64,000 nt of DNA, taken from Mobula hypostoma. Its lineage: Eukaryota. The first letter of the stretch is position 1. Each line of letters starts with the position of its first letter. The position numbers and the translations under genes are program-made. The DNA is taken from the NCBI RefSeq assembly GCF_963921235.1, contig NC_086106.1, forward strand, positions 25,358,001 through 25,422,000, written 5' to 3'. Of the stretch, positions 24,483-37,844 are shown piece after piece. The notes under the pieces are model-generated. The model did no database searches and was not told the DNA's origin. It worked only from the letters and a program-made list of their open reading frames with translations.

Positions 24483-26310
24483 CTGTAACCAACTCAAAGT
24501 TTGTGAGGGGGGCTGGATCCTTATGGGTTGTGATCAGAAACTGCAAGTGTTATGGACCCCTGCTGGAAGCTATAAATAAGCCTCCCGACAGTATCTAGAA
24601 TGAGGATTGCAGATTACAAAAGGAAATAGAAACGGCATTTTAAAAGGGTAAGGTTATGATAGTCATGGGGGATCTCAACATGCAGGTTGATTGGGAAAGT
24701 CAGGTCAGATATGCATCTCAAGAGAGTGAGTTTTTTGAATGCCTATGAAACGACATTTTAGAGTAGATTGCCCATCACCCTACAAAGCGATCAGTCGTAC
24801 AGGATTCGGTGTTGTGCAATGAACGGGAGATAATTAGTGACCTTAGGATAAAAGAACAATTTCAAGGCAGCGATCCCGATATGAATGAGGTCAACTTGAA
24901 ATTTGCAGTGAAAAAGCAAAGTTTGACGAAGCGATATTTCGGCACAGTAAAGGAAATTTCAGTGGTGAGAGAGGAGTTGGTCAACGGTTTCATAGTGGAG
25001 GACTTGGATGGACGAGCTGCAAAGGAAGACAACAGAACAGTAAAGGCGTGAATTTCTGGGGAAAGTTAGAAAGGTGTCCGATAGCTGTATCCAAAAATGA
25101 GGAAGTACGCAAATGGAAAGGTAGTGCACCCGTGGCTGACAAGGGGAGTCAAAGCTAATATAAAAACAAAAGAGCATGTATGCAACAAAGCAAAAGTTAG
25201 TAACAAGGCAGAGGATTAGGATGTTTTCAAAACCCTAAAGTACACCTGAAAGAATCATTAGGAGGAAAAAGATGATATATGAGCACAAGATGGCAAACAA
25301 TAACATAATGGATGGTAAAAGGTTATTTTCAGGAATGTTAAAAAAAAACAGTCAGATCAGAGTGCATATAGAAATCAAGAAAGTGGCGCCGAAGAAATAA
25401 TGGTGGAGGACAAGTTGATGGCAGATGAACGATTTCAGTATTTCGCATCAGGATTCACTGTGCAAGACCCGAGCATTGTGTCAGTCTTTGAAGGGTGCAA
25501 GGGAAGACATGCGAGTGCAATAACAGTTATAAGGGTGAATGTCCTCAAAACGCTGAAGGACAGAAGAGTACATAACTCAACAGAACCAGATGAACTACAA
25601 CCTGGTGGTAGCGGGAGACATTGCGGAGGCATTAGGAATAATTTTTCAAAATCATTGTCAATGATATAGGTGATGGAATAGATGGCTGTGTTGCCAAGTT
25701 TGGAGATGATACAAAGATTGATGGAAGGATAAGTCGTTCCTGGAGATGATTAGGAGAATGGGCAAGAGGGTGACAGACTAAGTACAACGTACCAAAATGC
25801 ATGTCATGCACATCGGTATAAGAATTAATGTGCAGACTATTTTGTAAGCGGGGAGAAAATGCATATTTTCGATGCAAAGAGACCTGGAGGATCGAAGTGC
25901 AGAAGACCCTGACGGTTAACTTGCAGGTAGAGTCGGTGGTGAGGAAGGCAAATAAAATGGTAGCATTCATTTCCAGAAGTCCAGAATACATGGGCACAGA
26001 TATAATGCAAATGATTTATAAGACACGTCAGGCCTCACCTTGAGCATTCTGAACAGTTTTGGGTTTCTATTCTAACAATGATGTGCTGGCCTTGAAAAGG
26101 CCTTGTAAATTCACAAGGACGACCCCGTCTGTCCCGCAAGCAAAGCAGCTGTCCAACTAACTGAAAAATGTAGTCAGTAATTTCTCCCCTTTCCCCTGGA
26201 GTTCCGCCTTCTTAAGTCAATCACGTGACAGTGGTGGATATGAGTTTGCGCCCCTGCTGTTTTCCGGCAAAGGGCTCCCTCTAGCGAGCGCTCACTGTAT
26301 CACGGAGGTC

Positions 26311-26349
26311 GGATTTTGTCTGGAGCCGTCATCACCTTGCAACACTGTG
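26311..26349 (-). other. 23-RSS (CACAGTG-23-ACAAAATCC)
   Basis: Canonical heptamer, 23-nt spacer. Confidence 0.93.
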
Positions 26350-26782
26350 GGCATCATAGCGCAAAGATAAACGGCGGAGTCCGACACAAGAGCACCAGAG
26401 ATTTTCAAATGGGCTGCTTTGCTGCCACGCTGCCAACCAGCGGTAAACCTCTCTGGACATTCAAGATGCCTTTCCATCTTGCCAGTGCTATGTACCTTCA
26501 GCAAGTATCTTGGAGATTCCACGTGATGCTGAACGTACCAAAAAATATTCAGAGGATCGCCAGTGTAATTACAGTTCAGTGTTACAATTTGTTCTTCAGC
26601 AATTGTTAATTCAAGAGGCCACTGCGTCACCGAATCTTTCCCATTTGTTCCTGCAATAAAAGGACAGAATGCATGAACAGATCGGGCTTTCTTCATAAAT
26701 ACGGAGCAGATATAGGCTGTTAACGCAGAGACTCACCGGGCAGGATAGTCAATATAATCAGCAGATAATACAGCGAAATCAT
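26350..26782 (-). CDS. TCR V segment (family A), potentially functional; leader 26782-26737, V exon 26650-26350
   Basis: Leader MISLYYLLIILTILP, GT-AG intron, open exon with C23/W41/C104; duplicate of the 14.1-kb V. Confidence 0.94.
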
Positions 26783-29700
26783 GGTGACTGGCTTCGAACT
26801 CGATCGAAAGACAGCTTACTTTCAATAAGGTAATATCTTTGACCGATATTGAAGAGTAAAATCAAATCTGCAGCACATTTCAGCTGGCGTAAATCTGGGG
26901 GCGTTGCCCTGCCAATGAATTTATTCGCTGTGAGCACCCATCTGCGGCGGTCCGAGCACCAGTCACAGATCGGTTTGTTCAGGTTCTGTACATGCTTTTA
27001 TAAATCCGACACCCGGAGCTGTAAATAGCGGCGAACTAACCACTGTGCCAGAGAGTGGTTATGCTTCACTCTGTCTCTCTCTTGCATTCTTCTTCCAGTC
27101 AGGCTTCCATCTTATTTCCCTCTCCCCCCGATGTTTTTCGCTCTAATCTCGGTTCTGTCGATCACCATCTCTCGCTCTCTCACTTCTTCATTTCACTTAC
27201 GTCTCCCCGAGTTACCACTTTGTCATTCCATCATACCAAACCGCCCACTTTCTCCCCCCATTTTACTCACCATATCAATCGCCCACCGTTTTCCCTGGAT
27301 ATCACTTCCTCGGTCCAACTGCAAACCGTATTTCACACTCACACGAATTTATCTTCACATTTCTCCCCTCCGGCAAACGGACGAAACGCCACTGAGGTAG
27401 AGAATAAGAAAAAAACGTCTTCACTCGGGAGAACAGGGAATGTGATTTGTGTGATACTCTCTTGTCTCTCTGCGCTTCAGTTTTTTCTGTCCAGGAAAGT
27501 TGTTGTCGCTTGAGTGTTCTGGACGGACGAGAGTTGGATGAAAAAATTGCAGATGCTGAAAATCCAACGCAACTCACAAAACTCTGGAGGAACTCAGCAG
27601 GTTTGGCAAAATCTGGTGAAAATTTAAATAGTTGACGTTTCGGGCCGAGACCCCTCTTCAGGACTGGGAAGTAAGGAGGGAGATACATAAATTAATATGT
27701 GGGCGGCGGGGTGTGCATGAAAAAGACTGAATGAAAGGCGATAGTTGAAACCAGGTAGCTGGGAAAAGCCAAGGGCTGCAGAAGAAATAAACTGATTATC
27801 TTATTAAGGCACAATCTTATTCAATTGCGGAGCAGGTTCGACGGGTCAAATGTCAAACTCCTAGACTTATGTCTTATGGTCTTATATTCTGCCATTCCAC
27901 GGTCAATAATTTCCTCACATCCTGAGTTACCGAATTTACCCCACTCGTATCTGTAACAAATCTTGGAGAACGTGCGTGGCACCGAATCGTAATGACGGAT
28001 TAGAACACGCGCAAACTGATGAAGAAGAAATTATCCAGAGAGAGCAGCCATTTTAATCAACAAAAAAACACGAGGGTGATACGGTGTCACTCACATCAAC
28101 AATAGTATTTTATCAAATTGTGATTCAAGTGAAGGGAATTACGTCACGTCAGGAGCATCAGAGCCTCAGCTGAGACACGTGCCCTTCCTCCCGAACCGGA
28201 TTAGTATATTGCCTATGATGTGCCTTCGACTCGACAGGCGCGTTGGGTCTGGGTCAGCCTTTCCTAGGGCTTCATTTTACCCCTGTGACTTTACATAGAA
28301 TAGTAGATGGCTGTTCTGTTCTCTTCATGTCAGATGTTGGAGACCTGGGAGATCCAGAGTCTCCCAGCGAGCTACATCTGCAAGGAATGCATTTGGCTGA
28401 AGCTCCTTAAAGACCATGGTAGGGATCTGGAGTGACCAGCTCAATGAACTTCAGCTTGTACGGCAGTGGGAGAAGGTAATAGATCGGAGTCATAAAGAAG
28501 TAGCCACCTCGAAGCTGCAGGAGGCAAGTGGCTATTGGACTATTAGGAATATTGGAATTTTGAATAGACAGTTAGCACAGTGCACACCTGTGGTCATTCC
28601 TGTCAAGAGTAAGAATATTTTTCTGCGTGCCGATGTGGGGGATGAACTCCCAGGGGAATGCTAGAGAGTCAGGGCTACTGCAACGCAGCATAGCTCCGTG
28701 CTGCAGATAGGAAAGAGGGTGAAGAAGGGAGCGGTAGCGATAGGGCACTCAGCAATTATGGGAACAGAGAGCAGATTCTCCGGACGTTAGCACAGCATCC
28801 TGATGGTATTCTGCCTCCGACATGTCAGTTTCGAATCGCGTCAACGACATTTTAGAGAGGGAGGAGCAGCATCCAGATGTCATGGTACACATTCGCACCA
28901 ATGACACACGAAGAAAAAGCAAAGATATCCTGAAAAGGGTATTTGCAAAGCAAGGAAGAAGGCACTAGCAGATGCTGACGGGTAGGAGGAATGTGCAGTT
29001 ACTATTATAGGGCTCTAAAAGCCGAAAGAGCTAAGTCACCCGTACCAGATGAACCGCAACTGCAGGTTCCGAAAGAAGTACTGGTAAAGATTATGGCGAT
29101 ATTATTAATGATCTTTCAAAAGTATTGTACTGTGACATGGTGCCAGTGGAATGCAAAATTGGAAAAGTCGCTCTGCTCTTTAAGAAAAGAAGAAACTAAA
29201 GATCTATTAGTCTGATCTCAGTGGTTGGGAATATGTTGGATTCAATTGTAAAGGATGAAGTTATGGAGTATTTCGTGACACAGGTCCAGAACGGGAAAAG
29301 TCAGTACGGTTTGCTTCAGGAAAATATTACCTGACGATTATGTTGCAATTATTTGAGGAGACTACACGTAGGCCAGATAAAGTGGGTGCAATGGATGTTG
29401 TATGTGAGGAGTTTCATAAGGCCTTTGGCGCTTAAAACACTGACGCTTAAAAGACTAGTGAAGCCCCACTTTTTGTATTGTGAACAGTTTTGGGTTACTC
29501 ATTGAAGAATACGTCTAGACGCACTGGAGAGAGTTCAGAGGCGGTTCCCAAGGATCATTATATTAATGCTTTTCATACGAGAAAAGTTCAATATTTATGA
29601 ATCTGTGTTCGCAGCAGTTTAGAAGGATGAGCGGGATTTCACTGAATCCTTTCGTATGTTTAAAGACCTAGACAGAGTGGATGTGTAAAGGATGTTTCAT

Positions 29701-31695
29701 ATCGTGGGATAATTTAGGACAAGAGGGCAAAGCCTCAGGCAAGACGGCGTCAACTGAATAAAACGATACGGAGAGATTCCATCAGCGCGAGTGTGGTGAA
29801 TGCGTTGCATTTATTAGCCCGGGCAACTGTGGAGGACAGGTGGTTGGGTATACTTAAGGCAGAGCGTGATCTGTTTTTGACTGGCCACGGTATCAAAGGT
29901 TCCAAAGGGAAGGCCGGGAGTGGGGCTGTGAAAGGGTTAATCGATCAGCCATGATTTAATAGCGGAGCAGATTCGATCGGCCAAATGCCTTAATCCTTCT
30001 GCTAAGTTTTATGGTCTTGCGGTCTTACCCTCTCTTTCAAAATGGGCAAGTTTTAGCGGACTTTCAATTTTTCACTCTCGACCCTCTTCCCCTGTGTTCT
30101 TCTTGCTGTATCCGTACCAGAATATGTCTCCTTCTCTTCTTTGTATTCCTTTACCAGTCTTATCACCTGTTTCCTCTCCTTTCTGCCCATTCTCTGTACC
30201 CCGTTCTTTCCGTTTATCTTTTATTTTGTCCTCCACTTTACGTATCAAACATTCGTTNNNNNNNNNNNNNNNNNNNNNNNNNNNNNNNNNNNNNNNNNNN
30301 NNNNNNNNNNNNNNNNNNNNNNNNNNNNNNNNNNNNNNNNNNNNNNNNNNNNNNNNNNNNNNNNNNNNNNNNNNNNNNNNNNNNNNNNNNNNNNNNNNNN
30401 NNNNNNNNNNNNNNNNNNNNNNNNNNNNNNNNNNNNNNNNNNNNNNNNNNNNNNNNNNNNNNNNNNNNNNNNNNNNNNNNNNNNNNNNNNNNNNTCTCTC
30501 TTCTCTCTATTTCCTCCCTCTTTTGCATGGATTCCGTCTGGATTTTCCTGACTGGCAAACATTATCCTCGCTTAGGTTTATTCCTCCTCGTACGAAACTG
30601 TTACTAGCGGTTCTCGGTGTGTTGTAGCTCGTGTCCCCCTGACCTTTCACCCTCTTGTAGCCTCTGAGCAGGGAAGTTGTGTGGTCTCAGGACGGGGCGT
30701 TGTTCGATGTTGAGCAGAATGCGATGAGCCGCGGGCTCCCACCGTTCCATGCGCCCATTGGACGTAGGATCTGTTCTGTCCAGATCGGCAATCGCACTAT
30801 ATTAGGGAGGGCTGTTCATGCAAGTATACAGAGCGGAAACTGGCACAAAACCGCTGGAGATATTTGAATCCAAGTAGCGGCCATTTCATGTCCAAACACC
30901 TTGAAATCTTCACCGATGTAGTTTGCTAGTGAGTTTCGCTCTCAGAAGTCAACCACGTGATTATTTCAAATATTTGGGTGCGCCACTCGGTATTTCTATC
31001 ACGACCCGCCCTCTACCGGCGGTTCACTGCATCACACCTCGCACAGACAGTATGAACTTTCAACATCAATTCACTTTGAAAAATGACCATTTCTCACAGT
31101 CCGCGAATGCAACGACAAAAATATAATTTGCATGCTCTATCGCGCTAAACACTCGCAGGATCTGTCGCATTATCTGAATACTTAGTATAAATCATAATTA
31201 GCCACTACAACATCCTTAATTTCAGCAGCATGGCATTTGCTGTCTTTGTCAAACTAAAAACAACGAATTTGCCCACGTTCTGTCTTCCCTTAGTGAACCA
31301 CTACCCTACTTAAATACAAATGGTATATCGCAGGTCCACTCCGTCCTTATTACTTCTCAATGCCGAAGCTCGAACAATGTGACCAAACAAGACGTCATAC
31401 TACGTTGCCAATCGTAATCTGCCGTTGCAGCAAAGAGGGTGGGTAAATGCTCATTGCTGTATCCAGGAAACACATTATGAAGATCCAGTTTGGGTTTGCG
31501 TTGTAGTCATGAACCGTTCCATTACCTTCGCCGCCTTGTGCTGGTGATTGTAGCGTTCTTAAGCAGGACCCGTGACCACGGCTGATTTCAGTGTGCGCCC
31601 TACTTTTTTTTTCCCTGGCAAAAGACGCCCTCCAGTGAGAGCGTTATACAGAACAGGTTTTTTGTCCGGACCTGCTGCCGTCAGCAAACAGCATG

Positions 31696-32127
31696 ATAGT
31701 CATTGCACAGAGATAGATGCCAGAGTCCGTCACAACAGCTTTAACGATATTCAGTTGAGCCGTCTTGCTGTCTTTCTGCCAACTAGCGGTAAATGTCACT
31801 GGGCAATCAGGATGCCGCTCTATTCTTCCTGTGCTATACACCTTCAGCAAATACTTTGGAGATCCTGCACTATGTTGAATGTACCAAAATATATCTTCAT
31901 CAGCGTAGGTATAATTTCAAATCATTCTTATGATCTGCCCTTCCTTAGCCGTTACGTCGGGAGGATCCTGCTACAATGAATGTTTCCCAGACGATCCCGC
32001 AAGAAAGGACCGAATACATTAACATCGCTGGCTTGTATTGAACACCGGGGAAATTCGCGGGGCACCTTAGCAGAGACTCACCAGGCAGCACAGCCAATGA
32101 AATCAGTAACGAACAGAGGGAAATCAT
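31696..32127 (-). pseudogene. V pseudogene (family B), paralog of the 19.3-kb V
   Basis: Acceptor AG>GG, TAG in FR1, C23 TGT>TGA, heptamer CATGCTG. Confidence 0.92.
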
Positions 32128-32386
32128 CGTGTATACTTTCTCTCTGAATTGAACAGCCGATTCAGTTCAGTACGTCATTATAACAGATATTGTTCCGTGA
32201 GATTGTTTAAGCGGTACCTTTCACCTTGTGTAAGATGGGGGCTTCTCCCTGTTTAAAGGATTCGCTGACAGAAAGAACCGATACTTTCTGAGCACCAATC
32301 AGAGTCGGCTTTATTTCCATAGCCTCATCCTGCCTATTTCTTTGCTCCATCCCCTGGTACTGCGTTCCTGTCTCCCCACCCCCCCC

Positions 32387-32446
<60 letters not shown>

Positions 32447-35255
32447 ACTCTCAATGTTGATCTCTCACTGGGTGTGATTACTGCCGGCTCCCGATTACTG
32501 TCGATTCGGGGATATCAGTACAAAAACAGAGCTTTTTAATGACTGTAACTTCGAAATAGCGACTGCTGTCTCCTCTCTCGTTTTTGAACCAGCCATATCA
32601 GTCTCTCATTTATTAGTGTGTGAGAGAGAGAATGCCTATGAAACGATGAAATGTTGCAGTAAACAATTAGCTTTTGTTGTACTGTAGGCCAATCCCGCTA
32701 TGTGTATCTGGTTGCTTCGATGGTGGTTGCTAGTGGAAGTGCTGATGCTTTATGCTAGAATAAGTGAGAGAGGTAGAATCTGTTCAGGTTAATGCTGCTT
32801 GCCGCAGATTCTACAAAGGATGTGGCAGAGGACGTTTAGGTTCTTAGCTTTTTTCTGATATTGATGTTTTGTGTTTTTCTTCTGTTTGAAAAATATCTGC
32901 GGAAACTATAAATATCAGATTGTGTATTGTGTACCTGCTCTGATTTTAAAAGAACCCATGGAAACAAGCTGGGTATTCTTTTCGCTGTACCCTGAAACAA
33001 CTGTCAATAACAAATATGTTATAAACTTAAACCAGTGTGATCTAACTGTGAGCATTTGCAAAGTGAAGGAGTATATCAGGCTGTCCATCATCAGTTCATA
33101 TAATATGGGTTGAGAAGGAAACTAGCGATGGTGGCGGACTGCAGAGTGCCTATCATGACCCCCTGGCGATATCTGGTGTCATGTCACTAGGCATTCGGAT
33201 CAATTCCGAACTTCGATGCTGTCAGCCGATACTTACGTCCTCAGTTTCCACGATTCCCGTGTTTTAATGTTTTCCACTGCCCGAAAATTACCCTCTGAGT
33301 AGCATGTGTTGGTGATCGGGGGATCACTGAATGCACATGTTAAGAGGAAATTGCGAAGTTGGACAGATAAATCAGTTGACAATAAGACCATATGATACAG
33401 GAACTAAATTAGGCGATTTTAACTGTCGAGTCAGCTCCGCCATTTCAGATGAGAAGGTGTGGTAATGGAATTATTCGATACACTAACCATATAATTAAAA
33501 TGAGATTTTCCAAAAGTCGAAATATACCTTTGGAAACAGATGCTATGAGTTTGCGCGCCTTTGACAGTAACCGGACGTTTTCACTGTTTGTCTCTTCCAT
33601 CTGTGGGAAAACACAAAATTCTAAAAGCAAGCTCCCATGAAACAACCATAGACTGTTCCCACTTACAAGAGTAGTAAACTGTAGGATGAAATTGAATCTT
33701 AATGTTGGTATGACCTTGCTCTTTATTTCCTGCCTGTGCTGAATTTTATTCGTCATTACACTTTATTTTTGTATCCTTTTTTTTTTACTTTGCAATACCT
33801 CGATAAGCTGTGTAGTGAATTCACCCGTATAAACAGAATCAATGCAATAATGCGACAATAATTAACACATTCCGTTTTCAGCTTAGATATGTAGCAAGCT
33901 GCTACACGTGATGATAACATCGGATCCGTTAAATCTGATTGGGAAACCGGATTATACAAGCAATCACTCTGTCGTGATCCTTTTCCCTCTCTCTTCCGTC
34001 TCTCTCTTTATACTGAAAATGCCTTCAAAATATGAATCTCGGTTACATATATGTACTTTAATCATAAATTTACTTCAATCATTGAACCTTTTTCTCACAG
34101 CTTGGGAATGCAACGACTAATATAGTTTTTGCATTCTCCAATACACTTAACATCCTCAGGTTCTGCCAAATTATCTAAATACCCAGTATAAATCATAAGT
34201 AGCAGTTGTAATTTCCTTAACTCAGTAGCATGCCACTTGCAATTATTTGTCAATTCGAAAACGACTAATTGTCACACCCTCTGTTTCCTTTAGTCAGCCA
34301 TTATGCCATTTAAATATATTAGATTATGAGATTAGATTATGACAACACTCAGCCCTCTTTTATTGTCATTTAGAAATGCACAAGAAATGATACAATGTTT
34401 CTCCGGAGTGACATCACAGAAAACAGGACAAACCAAAGACTAACACTACAGAACCACATAATTATAACATATAGTTACAGCAGTACAAAGCAATACCATA
34501 ATTTGATGAAGAACGAACCATGGGCAGGGTAAAAATAGTCTCAGAGTCCCTGAGTCGATCGACTCCCGAGTCCACGACAGTAGGCGGTAAAAGAGAGAAA
34601 CTCCCTGCCATAGACCTCCAGGCACGGTCAATTTGCCGATGCCTTGGAAGCAGCCGACCACAGTCGACACTGCATCCGTCCATCCGAAAAGGACGGGAAT
34701 CCGTCTAGCCACTCCGATACAGCCTCCCAAGTGCCATCCTCCGTCAAGCGCCTTCGACCTAGCCCCGGCCGCTGTAACAAGCAAAGCCGAGGATTCCTGG
34801 CCTTCTGCTCCGGGGATACCGGTTACCACACTGTAGCAGCGGCAGCGAAGCGGGAATTTCAGAGGTTTCCCAAATGTTCCTCCATACCTCACGTCCGTCT
34901 CCATCAAATCAGAATTGTGCACGGTCCCCTACTTGACAGATTACAGATATCATTCACCGGAGAGGACCCGGTTCCACTCCGTCCTCATTAATTCACAATG
35001 CAAATAATTGAACAAAGTGACCAAAGGCAATGTCAAACAAGGCTTCCAATCGTGAATGCCGTTGCAGCAAAGGAGCGTGGGTGATTGCACATTGCCGTAT
35101 CCCAGAAAGTTATAAAGCTCAGTTTCTTTCCGCGTTGTAATCAGGAACTGCTCCTTCAGCTTCGGCGCCTTCTGCTGCTGAATGCAGTGGTCTGAAGTAG
35201 GGCACGTGACTGTGACTGATTTCCGGGCGCGCCCTCTGCAGATTCCTCGGAAAAA

Positions 35256-35270
35256 GGCGCCCTCCAGTGA
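35256..35270 (-). promoter_or_regulatory. CTCF-like motif TCACTGGAGGGCGCC past the RSS
   Basis: Related motifs at 19263-19277, 31624-31638, 54810-54824 and 58596-58610. Confidence 0.7.
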
Positions 35271-35294
35271 GAGCTTTTTGCAATATACAGAACC

Positions 35295-35333
35295 AGTTTT
35301 TGCACAGACCCGCCGTCCCCATATAACAGTGTG
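35295..35333 (-). other. 23-RSS (CACACTG-23-GCAAAAACT)
   Basis: CAC-starting heptamer, 23-nt spacer, A-tract nonamer. Confidence 0.85.
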
Positions 35334-35765
35334 GTACCCATTGCACAGAGATACATGGCAGAGTCCGACACAAGAGCTTCACGGATATTCAATTGAGACG
35401 TCTTGCTGCTTTTTTGTAAAGTAGCGCTAAACCTCTCTGGGCAATCAGAATTCCGCTGCGTTCTTCCTGTGCTATATAGCTTCAGCAAATAATTTGGAGG
35501 TCCTCTACGATGTTGAATGTACCAAAAGATATCTGCAGTAGCGTAGGTGTAATTACAGTTCAGTGTTACGTTCTGTCCTTCCTCAGTCGTTACTTCGGAA
35601 GGATCCTGCGTCACTGAATATTGCCCACTCGTTCCTGCAAGAAAGGACAGAATATATCAACAACGCTGGCTTGTATTGAACGCCGGGCAAACTCGCTAGC
35701 CAGCTTCGCTGAGACTCACCAGGCAGCAGAGCCAATGCAATCAGCAATGAACAGAGGAAAATCAT
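35334..35765 (-). CDS. TCR V segment (family B), potentially functional; leader 35765-35720, V exon 35634-35334
   Basis: Leader MIFLCSLLIALALLP, GT-AG intron, open exon GTSGQYSVTQDP...LNCNYT...FWYIQH...DSAMYLCAMG. Confidence 0.93.
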
Positions 35766-36027
35766 GGTGTCAAATTTCTGACTGAATCGAACGGCAGATT
35801 ACTTCCAGGGCGTTATTATCACAACAGATATTGTGTTAAATGATAGTTTCAGCGATATCTTTCACCTTGTGTAAAAGCGGAGGTGTTTCTCTGGTTAAAA
35901 GATTGGCTGACAGAAAGAACCGGACAGAAAGCACCAATCAGAAGCTGCTTTGTATCCATTCGTCACTCTGCCTGTTTTTCAGCTCTTACAGTGTCCGGTG
36001 TTCAAACCCCAACTCTCACTCACTCTC

Positions 36028-36065
<38 letters not shown>

Positions 36066-36170
36066 TCTCTCCTTAATCACTAAATATTCACATACCTAGC
36101 AATGCTGAATAAACATAATTAAGACTTCTCACGTGCTCGCTAATTCAAAATCGTCAATATCCCGATGGAA

Positions 36171-36242
36171 GTAGTTGATTCCTTTATTGCATTTGTAGTT
36201 GATTCCTTTATTGCATTTGTAGTTGATTCCTTTATTGCATTT
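36171..36242. repeat. 24-bp tandem repeat x3 (gtagttgattcctttattgcattt)
   Basis: Three exact copies. Confidence 0.95.
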
Positions 36243-36369
36243 GTTTTCTTGGTTAGTTATTTGAAGATATATCCTACAGTAGGCCATAAAGTCAATATGT
36301 TTCAATCTTCCAGCATTCCAGCTTATTCAAATGGCAGCAAGAGTTCATCTAGATATTTCCCAATCTCTG

Positions 36370-36590
36370 TTTGCTGCTGGTATGACAGTACCTTATCTCT
36401 GCCAATAGACTCCTGACAGCACTTCCTGTGTAGCCACCACTTTCTTCGTAAATAAAAACTCACATCTGGCATTTACCTTGTAATTTCTTCTATTCGCCTC
36501 AAGATATTGTCCTCTCGCATGAGCCATATCCACCCTTTGGTCAAAGCGCTGGTTGTCCACTTTATTTATGCCCCTTATCATGTCATACAG
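36370..36590 (-). mobile_element. CR1 RT C-terminal fragment
   Basis: MIRGINKVD...ARGQYL...FTKKVV. Confidence 0.65.
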
Positions 36591-36619
36591 TTATTAAATT
36601 ACCCCTTACCTTACGTCGT

Positions 36620-37838
36620 TCCAAAAAGAAAGGTCCTTGCTCCCAGAAACTGAAAAGACCTGTGGAATATAAATGCACTTGTGGATATACAACTGAATTT
36701 CAACATTACGATCCGTTCTCCTTTAATGGTCGATGAAGAGAGACAAATCTGTCCCAGCCGATTCTGCAAAAGAAGGACAAAGTGCCTGAACACTCAATGC
36801 GAGACACCAGCTGACTATTTGTGCAAAGGTAAGCCGGGAAGCATAACTCATATAATCGGTATAGATTTGGAATCACATAGAGTCGACTTTCAGGCGAGAT
36901 CCAAGCCAGATTACATTCAAGAAGGAAATGCCACAGGCTGCCGAAAATTATGTCAGTTACGCTACACTCTTCACTTTGTGAGAAACCTCCGTTGTTGCAA
37001 GGGGGCGTTTAGGGAGCCGACCCAAATGCAAGACACAGACACCGAAGTACTAGGAATTGAACTAAGATTATCAAGAATGCAAAGGAAGTCGGGAAGCAGG
37101 GATTGATCAGAGCGTAATCCAGGAAAGACAAAAGCGTAAACGGGAATAAGCGTAGCTGGACACGGGCACAGGCCCTGGACTAGACAAGGACTCAGGACCT
37201 GGAATAGCACTTGGACTACGAGCACAGGCCCGGACGTGGAACTTGGAACAAGGAGCCTGGACTAGGAACTCGGAACTCCGGAACCAGAGTTTGGACAAGG
37301 ACTCGGAACCTATGTCTTGACTCGGACCCGGAACCCGGGCCTAGGCTAGAACTCGAGATTAGGATCTTGGCTAGGACTCGGGAGGAGGACTTGGATCGGA
37401 CTTGAAATTCGACTGGGACTTGGATCGGAATTGACACTGGACTGGGACTTGGAACATGAGGCCTTAAATTGGACTAGACGGGAATATGAAGCCTTGAGTT
37501 GGACTGGACTGGAACATGAAGCCTTGACTTGGACTGGACTGTTACATGAAACACAGAGCCGGGAACCCTCCTTGGATACAGGATATGTGGCCGGGACTCC
37601 TCTTATACACGGAACACAGAGCCAGGACCGCTCCTTGAGTAAAAGACATAATGCCGGGACGCTTCTTATACACAGAACACTGAACACGAAGAGACAGATT
37701 ACGACTCAAGGTAGCTGCAAGCAGCTGGCGCAACCTAGCGAAGACGAGGACACGAAGAGGCAAGACCACACAACAATAGACTGATCCTTATATTGACGAG
37801 ACAAGGCTTCAGTCTCACTCCGAACCGTTAACTTGACA
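36620..37838 (-). mobile_element. Possible LTR-retroelement remnant with internal short tandem repeats
   Basis: Starts TGTCA on the minus strand; arrays of ggact/ggaac units and an about 29-bp repeat at 37470-37550. Confidence 0.35.
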
Positions 37839-37844
37839 GGGATT

